Source: Octopus sinensis (Eukaryota). Taken from it: a DNA stretch of 19,129 nt. The notes beneath the pieces are model-generated. The model saw nothing but the letters and a program-made list of their open reading frames with translations. It did not search any database and had not been told where the DNA came from. A program made the translations under genes and the position numbers. Of the stretch, positions 1 through 9,641 are shown piece by piece. Location of the stretch: NCBI RefSeq assembly GCF_006345805.1, contig NW_021824341.1, positions 1-19,129 of the forward strand, given 5' to 3'. The stretch's first letter is position 1. The number at the start of each line of letters is the position of its first letter.

Positions 1-204
1 AAAGAAGAGAGAAAAGATGAAGAAGAAGAAGAAGAAGGAGAAGAAGAGAAAAAGATGAAGAAGAAGAAGAAGAAGGAGAAGAAGAGAAAAAGATGAAGAA
101 GAAGAAGAAGAAGGAGAAGAAGAGAAAAAGATGAAGAAGAAGAAGAAGAAGAAGAAGAAGAAGAAGAAGAAGAAGAAGAAGAAGAAGAAGAAGAAGAAGA
201 AGAA
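1..204. repeat. GAA-rich repeat: ~3.5 copies of a 38-bp unit, then pure (GAA)n
   Basis: GATG anchor recurs at 16, 54, 92 and 130 (period 38); uninterrupted GAA from ~133 to 204. Confidence 0.95.
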
Positions 205-405
205 ATGAGATGAGAATGTCGATGGCCGCTGATATGAAGGAGAGTGGAAATCCTGCAGAGCGAAGTAGTGACGTCATTGAGTTATGTTTATAGCGAAAAC
301 ATAAACTGAACTCTGCCATAAAACTTCCGCTCCAGAAATAAACAGGTGGCATTCGCATCGCTTCCTTCTATGGAATACTGTTCCCACATCACCGATGCTA
401 TGACA

Positions 406-486
406 ACCACTACCGCTGCTACTGCTGCTACTGCTACTGCTACTGCTGCTGCTACTGCTGCTGCTACAGCTGCTGCCGCTGCCACT
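406..486. repeat. (GCT/ACT)n trinucleotide microsatellite
   Basis: Direct reading; source of the poly-Ala and poly-Ser ORFs in the track. Confidence 0.9.
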
Positions 487-544
487 GTACACCCACAACC
501 ATCTTATATTACAATTGAAAGGTTATCTGATTGATTGGGAATGA

Positions 545-765
545 CTAATCCACTCACTCACCCACCCACTCATTCACTCACTCATTCATTCACTCACTCA
601 CTCACTCATTCACTAAAGTCACTCACTCACTAAAGTCACTCATTCACTCACTCATTCACTCACTCACTCACTCACTCACTCATTCACTAAAGTCACTCAC
701 TCATTCACTCATTCACTCACTCACTCATTCACTCACTCACTCACTCATTCACTCACTCACTAAAG
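545..765. repeat. (ACTC)n tetranucleotide microsatellite with recurrent CACTAAAG interruptions
   Basis: Direct reading; the interruption occurs four times. Confidence 0.9.
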
Positions 766-1377
766 GCACTCGACTTGCTTTTCATCATCATAGGGCCGAC
801 CACCCGTCCCCGTACTTCGCTCTCCACCCGTCTCTCTCGTTCTCTCTCTCTCCACCCATCTCTCTCTTTCTGGATCGGCTAAGTTTCGCGAACCATCTTC
901 CAAAAATAGCGAAGTATTGAATAAGGAGCTGGCAACCCTTTTTCTAGAAAAACTGACATACTACAGGAACCATTCTGGGATGCACGGATGTGTAGTAACG
1001 CTTGGAATAAAAAGGGAAAAGAGCTTCATCAGACCTATACTCCGTTTGGTAACGCTGCTTAATCGTAAACTTGCTTCAACCCAACGGATTGAGGTGAAGC
1101 AAAAGGTGTTAGTCCCCATGATGTTTTTATGCGCCAATAAAGTGTATTAGAAAAGCTAAGAGTAATTTAATATATTTAGCCTACAGTATATAATGTTTTA
1201 CGCTAAAATATATAAATATTTTCTTTTGTATCCGACCAATGTGCGATATGAAAATTAGTTTAGATATTCCAGGTTTGTGACTAGTTTGAATAGCGAGTGC
1301 TATCGAATTTTCTTTGTGAGAAGTGTGAGAGGTGCATACCAGATGAGCAATCAGCTTTGAAATATGTCAGCATAATC

Positions 1378-1418
1378 TATTATTATTATTGTTATTATTA
1401 TTATCATTATCATTATTA

Positions 1419-1483
<65 letters not shown>
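1378..1483. repeat. (TAT)n microsatellite
   Basis: Direct reading. Confidence 0.95.
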
Positions 1484-1816
1484 GAAGCAGCGAGATAGCA
1501 GGATCGTTTACACGCTGTGCGAAATGCTTAGCGGTATTTCGTCTGCCGCTACGTTCTGAGTTCAAATTCCGCCGAGGTCGACTTTGCCTTTCATCCTTTC
1601 GGGGTCGATTAAATAAGTACCAGTTACGCACTGGGGTCGATATAATCGACTTAATCCGTTTGTCTGTCCTTGTTTGTCCTCTTTGTGTTTAGCCCCTTGT
1701 GGGTAGTAAAGAAATAGGCATTTCGTCTGCTACTACATTCTGAGACACCATCCCTGGGTACTATGTAATCAACTAGTCAAATTCCCTGAAATTTCAAGCC
1801 TTTAGTAGGAAGGATT
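1484..1816 (+). mobile_element. tRNA-derived SINE (octopus-type family 1), followed by an internal restart and a degraded 3' tail
   Basis: B-box-like GAGTTCAAATTCC at 1558-1570. Body GTCGACTTTGCCTTTCATCCTTTCGGGGTCGAT-AAATAAGTACCAG is shared with 2505-2550 (+) and ~11590-11647 (-). 1717-1744 repeats 1533-1560 (24/28). 1753-1816 resembles the tail of the 11514 copy and runs into (ATT)n. Confidence 0.85.
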
Positions 1817-1826
1817 ATTATTATTA

Positions 1827-1874
<48 letters not shown>
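1814..1874. repeat. (ATT)n microsatellite (SINE tail / LINE tail)
   Basis: Direct reading. Confidence 0.95.
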
Positions 1875-1875
<1 letters not shown>

Positions 1876-2173
1876 TTTTTTTTCTTCTTTCAAATTTGCT
1901 TCCATTTCTTGCCGAGTGTCTTCCCGACTCCTAGGGCAAAGAAACTCATAGTATACTTTGGTAGGCCATTAAACCAAACTCAATAGTTCGTTCATTCTTT
2001 TTTTTTTTTTAAGTTAAATTAAAATACATGAGCAGCAACAGTTCTCACATCGACAATGCTCTCTCAATACGTGTGATGTACCAGTTAAGACAATCTTTTG
2101 CACTTTTGCAGGGATGGTAAGCCAGGGATCATTCTCATATAATTTCGGTTCCCTTCTTGATCATTCCTAGTGC
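1875..2173 (-). mobile_element. 5'-truncated non-LTR retrotransposon 3' end, restriction-like endonuclease type (R4/Dong-like), family A
   Basis: Minus-strand translation with three small frameshifts gives ALGMIKKGTE.YMRMIPGLPSLQ.VQKIVLTGTSHVLR.ALSM* (stop at 2045-2047). This matches the GALG...LQK..L.GT..ILR C-terminus of RLE LINEs. About 170 bp of 3' UTR follow, then (TAA)n; the 5' flank is also (TAA)n. Confidence 0.75.
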
Positions 2174-2176
2174 TTT

Positions 2177-2376
2177 TTATTATTATTATTATTATTATTT
2201 TATTATATTATTATTATATTATTATTATTTATTATTATTATTATTATTTATTATTATTTATTATTATTATTATTATATATTTTTATTATTTATTATTATT
2301 ATTATTATTTATTATTATTATTATTATATTATTTAGTATTTTTATTATTATTATTATTATTATATTTTATATTATG

Positions 2377-2428
<52 letters not shown>
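2177..2428. repeat. Degenerate (ATT)n microsatellite
   Basis: Direct reading; source of the poly-Ile/Tyr ORF 2170-2445. Confidence 0.95.
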
Positions 2429-2634
2429 GGGCAGCATGCTCGTAGAATCGTTAGCGTGCCGGGCACAATGCTTAGCGGTATTTCGTCTGTCTTTACGTTC
2501 TGAGGTCGACTTTGCTTTCATCCTTTCAGAGTCGATTAAATAAGTACCAGTTATGCCCTGGGGTCTATGAAATCGACTTAATCTCTCCCCACCCCAAGCT
2601 GCTCTTGTGACACAAATTTGAAATCAATATTATT
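2429..2634 (+). mobile_element. tRNA-derived SINE (family 1), B-box deleted
   Basis: Aligns to 1484-1655. It lacks the 16 nt TTCAAATTCCGCCGAG (1561-1576 of copy 1) and ends in an AATATTATT tail. Confidence 0.85.
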
Positions 2635-2707
2635 TTGGCGTGCGATGAACATTTAAATCTTTCCACAGTTTAGAGGGTCTAAATTATAGACAAGCAAAAT
2701 TTTAAAT

Positions 2708-2830
2708 CCGGGTACTTATTTATCGATCAGTTTTGCCGAACCGCTAGTTTACGGGGATGTAAACACACCAACACCAATTGGCAAGCGGTGGTCGGGGAAA
2801 TACAAAGATAAACTCTAACACATACACACA
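2708..2830 (-). mobile_element. 3' segment of CORE-type SINE (family 2)
   Basis: The reverse complement aligns to ~17560-17655 (CCGCTTG..GGTGTG.TTAC..CCCGTA..TAGCGGTT...GATAGAATAAGTA) and the plus strand aligns to 5230-5340. Confidence 0.8.
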
Positions 2831-2887
2831 TGCATATATACATAAATAAACATATACATATATAAATACATATATAAATATATAAAG

Positions 2888-2942
2888 ATTGGACATCCAA
2901 CTAGGCCTTTCGCGAAGCCAGGAACTTTTCAGCGCCCCTCGT
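2888..2942. mobile_element. Tiny mariner-like terminal remnant
   Basis: The reverse complement of 2915-2942 (ACGAGGGGCGCTGAAAAGTTCCTGGCTT) resembles a mariner TIR. Recognised from recall only; no partner TIR in the window. Confidence 0.4.
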
Positions 2943-3789
2943 GTGTGTGTATATATGTGTATGTGTGTATATAAATATATAATAACTGTATATAATATAT
3001 ATCATAATGATATTTATTCTCCGATTTGAAGCGTCAATCTTTAAATATAAACAAATGATCGAAAAATGATGAGCAAACCTTTCAGGTTTGTTTATAAAAA
3101 TATTATTTATGTAGTATGGGGGGGGGAGTTGCGCATGTGTACACGCATCGGTGCCTTGAAGGAGGACGTAAAGGTGTATGCGTGCATAATTTCCTGTTTC
3201 GTGTACTTCAGGAGTAATTTTATAAGTAGAGCAGCATTTAAACATTTTACATCAAAAGAAAGACACATATTTATGGAACACGTGTGGTGAGCGTTTTGTG
3301 TGTGTATGTGTGTGTGTGTGTGTGTGTGTAAGTGAGCTTTTGTGAGGAGACAGATTCCTCTTTAAAGGGATGTCAACATCTAAACGTTCTCCGGTTTTAT
3401 CGTATGTATCGATGAACTTTCTGGAATCCTCCTTTTCCGTGGTAGTATTAGTGTTAATTATTTATTAGGCACCAGTATTAAACACATTTTGGAATTCCGG
3501 TATTTCGTATATATGTTTACTTCTCCTCGATAAATGTGTGTATAGTTATAGTAATATATCATAAAGAAAATGGAGTGTTTTATCTGAGTTGAATAATTTT
3601 TTTAATTACACATTGTCAATTATAAACCTGGAATCGTTTCCATATCAATCTTCATTCAAATTATAATTAAAATTGCATTATGAAATAACAAAGGTAGATA
3701 TGTCTTCATGGCGAAAATTGACACATTTGTTTTTACATCCTAATAGACTGAGCGTTTATCAACATTCTAAAATAGCAGTATTCGTTTAT

Positions 3790-3853
3790 TTGTGTCTGTG
3801 TCTTTGTGTCTGTGTCTGTGTGTGTGCGTGCGTGTGTGTCTGTGTCTGTGTCT

Positions 3854-3906
<53 letters not shown>

Positions 3907-3918
3907 TGTGTGTGCGTG
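3790..3918. repeat. (GT)n / (GTGTCT)n microsatellite
   Basis: Direct reading. Confidence 0.95.
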
Positions 3919-3924
3919 TTAGCA

Positions 3925-4172
3925 TGTTTGAAACAAAGAAACGTCCCTATACACGGGAAAAATAAGCTCAACATTATTAAAGATGAAACTGAAATGGAAA
4001 GTTGCGATTATAAATTCAAAAACCCGTTAAAAACTTTTTGCAAACAAAATTAACATATAGCTGTGTAGTAGAATCTGAGGGACAAAATTACTACTATATA
4101 GGATCCACTGAAAATTACATAAAGAGCAAGATAACTAACCATGAAAGCACCTTTAAAGACAAGAATAAAATA
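3925..4172 (+). mobile_element. Penelope-like element relic, GIY-YIG endonuclease region
   Basis: ESCDYKFKNPLKTFCKQN, then a frameshift, then YSCVVESEGQNYYYIGSTENYIKSKITNHESTFK (YIG at 4095-4103). This fits the Cys-rich linker and the IY.C.V...YIG.T...K.R..NH.S.F pattern of Penelope endonucleases. Confidence 0.7.
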
Positions 4173-5093
4173 GCCACGGTAAGACACTGAGCACGACAGC
4201 TGCTCCCAATTCGCACCCGCATAATCGTATATTCTTCATCGAGGATTTATTGTCACACAAATTCTTTCTTAGTGATTCTGGTTCTGCCTGCAGTATTTGG
4301 CCAATTAAATTCACCAAAACTAAACATCCTCTTTCTGCAAGCTGTGAACCACTCGCCTATACAGACGTACGATCAAATTTCTCTTCTCTTGGATTTGGCC
4401 TTGCGAAGAGATTCTAAACGGATTCTTATCATCGCCGACCTCCTCGGTGTGGATTTTCTTCATTACTCTCTTCTGGTTGATGATCGTAAGAGGCGACATC
4501 TTGGCAGCACTATGAACCTTGCTATTTGTCGAGTACACTGTCGGTTGGCCCAGTATTCTTCATCGGAACACTGAGCTGGAAACCCATATCAATCAATTTT
4601 GGACTCTTTCTCGGAGTTCACTAACTTGAATTTCCAAATGCGTGCACCTACTCACACTACGAAATGTTTTATATGTACAAAGGGTGCTCCAGTGTTTTCA
4701 TATCCTCGTCGTTTGCCTCCGGAAAAGCTCAAAGCAGCTCGGAATTATGAGATTTCGTCTATGCATATATCGATGATCTCTTGATTGCCAGTTCTTCTGC
4801 TGAAAGACATGCTCAACATTTAAAGTTACTCTTCCAGCTACTTAACCAATCTAAAATGCGGATTAACCCTGCTAAATGTGTTTTTGGCACATCTACACTT
4901 GTGTTTCTTGACCACATCATTGATAAAGAGGGCATAAGACCTCTACAAGAAAAAGTGCTGGTTACTGAGGACCTTCCTCTTCCTACTTCTCTTCGCCAGT
5001 TGCGCCATTTCCTTGGTTTGCTGAATTTTTATCGTCGTTTCATCTCTCACTGTTCTGAACTCCTGTCTCGACTTACCGAGCTCTTAAAGAATC
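4173..5093 (+). pseudogene. Ty3/Gypsy LTR retrotransposon pol relic: aspartic protease and internally deleted reverse transcriptase
   Basis: RIFFIED..FFLSDSGSACSIWP (DSG at 4274-4282); LQAVNHSPIQTY..LLLDLALRR..LGVDFLH; KGAPVFSYPRRLPPEKLKAAR; DFVYAYIDDLLIAS (YIDD at 4766-4777); INPAKCVFG; QLRHFLGLLNFYRRFI. Contains frameshifts. Confidence 0.93.
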
Positions 5094-5350
5094 GTGGTTA
5101 GGAAGCACGCTTTGCAACCAAGTCGTTTCAGGTTCAGTCCCATTGCGTGACATCTTAGGCAAGTGCCTTCTACTGTAGCCTCGGGTTTGGTCGAACTACT
5201 TGACCTCCATGCTTTTTTTTTTAAAGCCAGGTCCTTTTTCTATCTCTCCCTTATGTTGAACCGCCAAGTTGCGGTGACGTAAACAAGCCAACATCGGTTG
5301 TCAAGCGGTAGTTGGGGGACAAGTATAAAAGTACACACACACACACACGC
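5094..5350. mobile_element. Rearranged CORE-type SINE (family 2): head on + (5094-5185) fused to an inverted 3' segment (5186-5345)
   Basis: The head has GGTTCAGTCCC and the CORE-like GTGACATCTTAGGCAAGTGCCTT. The rest matches 2708-2830 on the same strand and 17560-17690 on the opposite strand. Confidence 0.75.
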
Positions 5351-5419
5351 ACGAGAAAGAGTCCAAAATTGATTGATATGGGTTTCATTGGGACTGAATG
5401 AAGCTATTGCGTTGACTCT

Positions 5420-6180
5420 GGCCCTGATGAAAGCTTCTGATGCTGTAAAACGAACTCGCTAAAGCATCTCTACTCGCGCACCCTCTCTCCGATGCAAGGC
5501 TTTCGCTTGTGGCTGATGCACTGGAAACAACAATTGGTGCCGTATTACGACAGTTTCACCAACACTTGCAACCTCTTACATTTTCCTCTCGCCAGCTGAA
5601 ACCTGCTGAAACGCGTTACAACACCTTTGGCCGCGAATTGTTGGCGATCTACCTGTCCGTGAAGCATTTCCAGCACATCCTCGAAGGAAGGAACTTTACC
5701 ATCTACACCAATCATAATTCCCTTACCTTTGCCTTGCGGTCCAAGCCTGAGAAGGAGACTAGACGCCTGGATTTTGCATCGCAATTTACCAGTAATATCC
5801 AACACATCTCCGGAGCTCAGAACACAGCTGCGGATGCATTGTCCCACCTGCTGGTGAATTCCTTGTCATCTTCTCTTCGGATTGACCTGACTGTTTCGTC
5901 CTCGGACCAACCTCCTCTGGACTCACTTGACACATCTTCTGTATTTGCGATTCCAAATTCAAATTCAAGTACCTGCCTCTACCAAAGGCTGACATACAGA
6001 TATTGTGTGACGTGTCAACGGATTCGCCTCGTCCCTTCGTCCCAGGGACCCATTGGCGAGCTGTATTCGAACCTTTGCACAGTCTTTCACACCCTGGAGC
6101 CTCGGCCTCAGTAAAGCTCATAACGGCTAGATTTTTCTGGCCAAATATGAGACGCGACATTACTGAGTGGATCCGATCTC
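5420..6180 (+). pseudogene. Ty3/Gypsy pol relic continued: RNase H and integrase N-terminal zinc-binding region
   Basis: ELAKASLLAHP..LSLVADA..TIGAVLRQ; PAETRYNTFGRELLAIYLSVKHF; EGRNFTIYTNH; HISGAQNTAADALS; LHSLSHPGASASVKLITARFFWPNMRRDITEWIRS. Truncated before the CxxC and the DDE core. Confidence 0.92.
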
Positions 6181-6674
6181 GACTTCTGACTCTTTTTGGA
6201 GTGATAGCAAGGTGTTGGATCTTGCTGTCCCACACATACGACCTCCCAGTTGCAATTCTCTCCAGCTAGGATTTGACTAGTTTCCACAGCTTCACCTCGC
6301 CGCCTGAATTGAGCCAAAGACGTGGGGCAACATGACATTACCTTCACTGGAGGCACACTCAAGGGCCATCATAGTTTGGCGGAACATGGTTTTCATGTTA
6401 TGTCCATGCCACGTCTTACAATTGTTGCAGTGTTCACAGAGCATTGAACAGAAGTAATCATGTCGGCAATTTGATACACGGCGCAAATCCTCATGATACA
6501 GGTAACCCTTTTACAATACTCAGATGACTTCCAGTCCCCCATGTCAGCTAACTTCTTTTCAGCAACAACTTTAATCTTTATGGTCGCCAACGCCAATTAC
6601 TTTTCACGAATGCATTAAGCTGTTCCTGAAGAACACAGACATAAAACAGCGTCAAAATTAGCCCGAACACCCGG
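6181..6674 (-). mobile_element. Tc1/mariner-superfamily (maT-like) DNA transposon, internally deleted and missing one end (copy 1)
   Basis: TIR GTCAAAATTAGCCCGAACACCCGG at 6651-6674 matches the TIRs at 10514 and 11379. Minus-strand peptides: YCKRVT..IRRGMD; MKTMFRQTMMALECASSEGNVMLPHVF; LERIATGRSYVW/QQD..PC..SKKSQK. Colinear with 10900-11400. Confidence 0.85.
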
Positions 6675-6741
6675 TTTGTGCGTGTATAACTGCATATTTG
6701 TGTACGTGTGTGTTTGTGTGAGTGTATGTGCGCGTGCGTGT

Positions 6742-6866
6742 GAGGATATGTGGCCCAGTGGTTAGGGTAAGTATTGATCTCAAGAGCATAAGGTCCTTAG
6801 TTCGAATCTTGAAAATGGGGCGCGTATTGTGTCCTTAAGCAAGACACTTCATTTATGTTGATTCTG
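6742..6866 (+). mobile_element. 5' head of a third tRNA-derived CORE-type SINE
   Basis: A-box TGGCCCAGTGG (6751-6761), B-box-like AGTTCGAATC (6799-6808), then the CORE-like TGTGTCCTTAAGCAAGACACTT. Confidence 0.7.
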
Positions 6867-6892
6867 ACGAAATGAGAACAAGTCAACTAGTA

Positions 6893-6937
6893 GTGCAACT
6901 CTCTCTTTCTCTCCTCCTTCCCTCTCTCCTTCTTCTC

Positions 6938-6969
<32 letters not shown>

Positions 6970-6990
6970 CTCTTTCTTTCTCTCTCTGTC
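6893..6990. repeat. (CT)n/(CTT)n microsatellite
   Basis: Direct reading. Confidence 0.9.
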
Positions 6991-7123
6991 TCCATCTAAC
7001 AAGCTCAGTTTCAGTGGAACCGTTTCTATACCTGCACACAACTATACAGGCATTTAAAACAATCGGTGAAAGTGTAGAAACCATAAGGTAACATTCGGTT
7101 GCGTGTGACGACGTTCGCACACA

Positions 7124-7125
7124 TA

Positions 7126-7157
<32 letters not shown>

Positions 7158-7210
7158 TACATTTGCATGTATCTTGCATGCATGTATGCATATGTATGTA
7201 TGTATGTAAT
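7124..7210. repeat. (TA)n/(TATG)n microsatellite
   Basis: Direct reading. Confidence 0.9.
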
Positions 7211-7539
7211 AAGAAGCTCAGGCTTCTGCTGCATATATTGAACTTATTTTGATGGGCAAACAGAAAGCCAATGCTCACAGGCTGAAATATAGAATATAAT
7301 ATTCATAGTTGACAAAAACAATTATTGCCGTTAGATTTGATATATTTTTATAATAATTAACATTAATTTGATATTGGAGACAATTCTGCGAAAACAGACA
7401 CCAAAGTGAAAAGTGGTTAAGCAGCATATTTACATTGTCTGCCTCACAACAGGGACTCGTTATGTTGTTATTTCATCTATTTTTCGATTTATATAAATTC
7501 AAATATATATTCATACATATAAATATCTGTTGTACATAC

Positions 7540-7546
7540 ATGGATA

Positions 7547-7613
<67 letters not shown>

Positions 7614-7614
7614 T

Positions 7615-7645
<31 letters not shown>

Positions 7646-7995
7646 GTGTGTGTATATATATGTATTTATGTATATATATATGTGTATATATATATATTAT
7701 ATATATATATTATATATATAAATAAATATATATATATATACAGAAATGGGCAGAGGAAGGGAGAGGAAGAGAGAGAGGGAGAGAGGAAGAGAGAGTGAGA
7801 GAGAGGTAGAGGTAGAGAGACGCACATTTATATACATATATATGTATGTATATATATCATAAACATGTATATTTGTTGCTGCTGCTTTTACTGTTGTTGT
7901 TGTTTCTTCTTCCTTTTCTTCTTCTTCTTCTTCTTCTTCTTCTTCTTCTTCTTCTTCTTTTTCTTCTTCTTCTTTTCTTCTTCTTCTTCTTCTTC
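7540..7995. repeat. Compound microsatellite block: (TA)n, (GA)n, (TGY)n, (CTT)n
   Basis: Direct reading; the (CTT)n at ~7900-7995 is the (GAA)n tail of the adjacent LINE on the minus strand. Confidence 0.9.
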
Positions 7996-8390
7996 AAGTG
8001 CAAGATGCTCTTCACCACGCTGCAACAGGAATCTCTACATCGCATCGGTTTTGGTAAGCCCTCAATCCCGTGTATATCTCTGCCAAGAACATCTATGCAC
8101 TTAAGTCCTTTTCGTCATTCATAAGGGTGCAAGCGTCTCCAAAATGTTACATCCGATATGATCTGGTACTCACCAGCACGAAAGCTGCGGCCCAACCTAT
8201 CTTAGGCTGCGTCGCGAAAACTCAGCAAAGATGGATGCAATGAGTATATAAGCGCATCTCTTTCTTCTTGTGCTCAACCAATAAGACGTTTTGAGCGCTC
8301 GCTGCGTATCAAGGCGATTACCAAGCACCTTCTTTGCAGTCCAGGCTTCAGTTTCAATTCGGAAACGATAGAAGCCCTAGCTTACATAAT
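7996..8390 (-). mobile_element. RTE-clade LINE 3' end, 5'-truncated and degraded
   Basis: Minus-strand peptides EAWTAKKVLGNRLD, GRSFRAGEYQIISDVTFWR and CIDVLGRD..PMRCRDSCCSVVKSI resemble the RTE ORF C-terminus (ETW..RLD; AGHC.R..Q.ISD.L.W; M.DR..W..VV.SI). Ends directly in (GAA)n. Confidence 0.65.
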
Positions 8391-8555
8391 TTGATTCATT
8401 TATATTGTCATGGATGGGAGGATGACTGTGTCTGCTCGAGACTACATAGTCATTTAAAATGACCAAAGAGAGCCTGATGGAGGCCATTAGGTCATTCTCG
8501 CTTGTGGGGGAGGGTGCGCGCGCGTGCACACACACACGCGCACGCATGTATGTAT

Positions 8556-8690
8556 GGGTATGATTTTAAACTGCATCCGGGAGTCGGGACCTGGGGCGGT
8601 CCCAGTTTTGAGGAATATCTTAGTCGCTGTTGTTTCCAAGTCCACTCTAATCCGGATTAATAGCAGCTGTCAGGGTCCCAGTGTTAATTA
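8556..8690 (-). mobile_element. Fragment of an interspersed repeat (unclassified)
   Basis: GC-richer island whose reverse complement (GGACCCTGACAG...AGAGTGGAC...GCGACTAAG...CCGGATGCAGTTT) resembles a repeat recalled from octopus genomes; no second copy in the window. Confidence 0.3.
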
Positions 8691-8886
8691 GCATCGAGAT
8701 TGCCTACTTATGGATACGAACACTGAAACTAACAGACTCCGCCGAAGACATCACCATTGTCCAACAGAAAAGAAGGCGGCGGCTTCAGCAATACATTGTG
8801 GGACGCAGAAAGCAACGGGAGCCAAGTAAGACATCTTGGTTATTCGATGTATCCGTCTCTATCCACCCACCCTCGCCATTTTCACT

Positions 8887-8995
8887 TTGTATGTATGTAC
8901 GTACGTATGTATGTATGTATGTACGTATGTATGTATGTATGTATGTATGTATGTATGTATGTATGTATGTATGTATGTATGTATGTATATACGTA
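8887..8995. repeat. (TATG)n microsatellite
   Basis: Direct reading. Confidence 0.95.
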
Positions 8996-9252
8996 TGTGC
9001 AGATTTGTATGTTTTCTGTATGTATTCTTATGCATATAGTTGCATATCTAGACATACTCATATATATTTAAATGATAAACTTCTGGAAAGTTTTACAGAC
9101 TTTTACAGCTCCAGTGATAGATTGGATCTGTAGTCTTCGAATTAGCTTTCTCCTTTCTGGTTTTCAGAAGCCTAATTTCTCAAGATTGGTATTTAGGCAG
9201 TGTGCTACATACCCCAAGGCTCCAATAATTACAGGTATAAATTGAACTTGTA
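8996..9252 (-). mobile_element. RLE-type (R4/Dong-like) LINE 3' end, family B, copy 1 (ORF end plus partial 3' UTR)
   Basis: Minus strand reads FIPVIIGALGYVAHCLNTNLEKLGF*KPERRKLIRRLQIQSITGAVKVCKTFQKFII* (stop at 9068-9070), the IPI.IGALG...LQ...I.G..KI signature of RLE LINE C-termini. Runs into (TACA)n. Confidence 0.8.
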
Positions 9253-9253
9253 C

Positions 9254-9255
<2 letters not shown>

Positions 9256-9325
<70 letters not shown>

Positions 9326-9476
9326 TGTATGTATGTATGTATGTATGCATATGTGTATGTAGTTTGCATGTATTATGCATGTATGTGTGTATGTATGTAT
9401 GTATGTATGTATGTATGTATGTATGTATGTATGTATGTATGTATGTATGTATGTATGCGTGTATGTATGTATGTAC
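9256..9476. repeat. (TA)n then (TATG)n microsatellite
   Basis: Direct reading. Confidence 0.95.
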
Positions 9477-9641
9477 GTCGCTGTTCAGTTTTATTTCAAA
9501 TTTTCTTGCCAATAGTGAGTTTCTAACCTAGATCCAAGGCTCCTTCGTTGGAATTTCAACAACACTAACAGGGTATTGTTTTATGTGTGTATTCTTATGC
9601 ATATAGTTGCATGTCTAGACATGCTCATATATACTTAAATG
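9477..9641 (-). mobile_element. RLE-type LINE family B, copy 2 (3' UTR only)
   Basis: 9588-9641 matches 9021-9074 at 51/54 nt. It continues into a unique 3' terminus and a (TACA)n tail; the 5' flank is also (TACA)n. Confidence 0.7.

Noticed and set aside
269-276. Perfect CRE palindrome TGACGTCA with nearby ETS-like ACTTCCG
   Set aside because: Isolated short motifs with no other promoter evidence; compatible with chance.
274-534. Poly-Ala/Ser/Thr ORFs resembling transcription-factor low-complexity regions
   Set aside because: Explained by the (GCT/ACT)n tract; no convincing splice sites or recognisable domain.
917-1150. 77-aa non-repetitive ORF
   Set aside because: No ATG start, no recognisable motif, and a length expected by chance.
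5425-5460. Other CTGATGA motifs (5425, 15522, ~18702) as possible hammerheads
   Set aside because: No correctly placed GAAA with pairing helices I-III; the first two lie within Gypsy and mariner coding relics.
6742-6815. Possible tRNA gene
   Set aside because: A and B boxes are present but there is no cloverleaf, and it continues into CORE-like sequence, so it is a SINE head.
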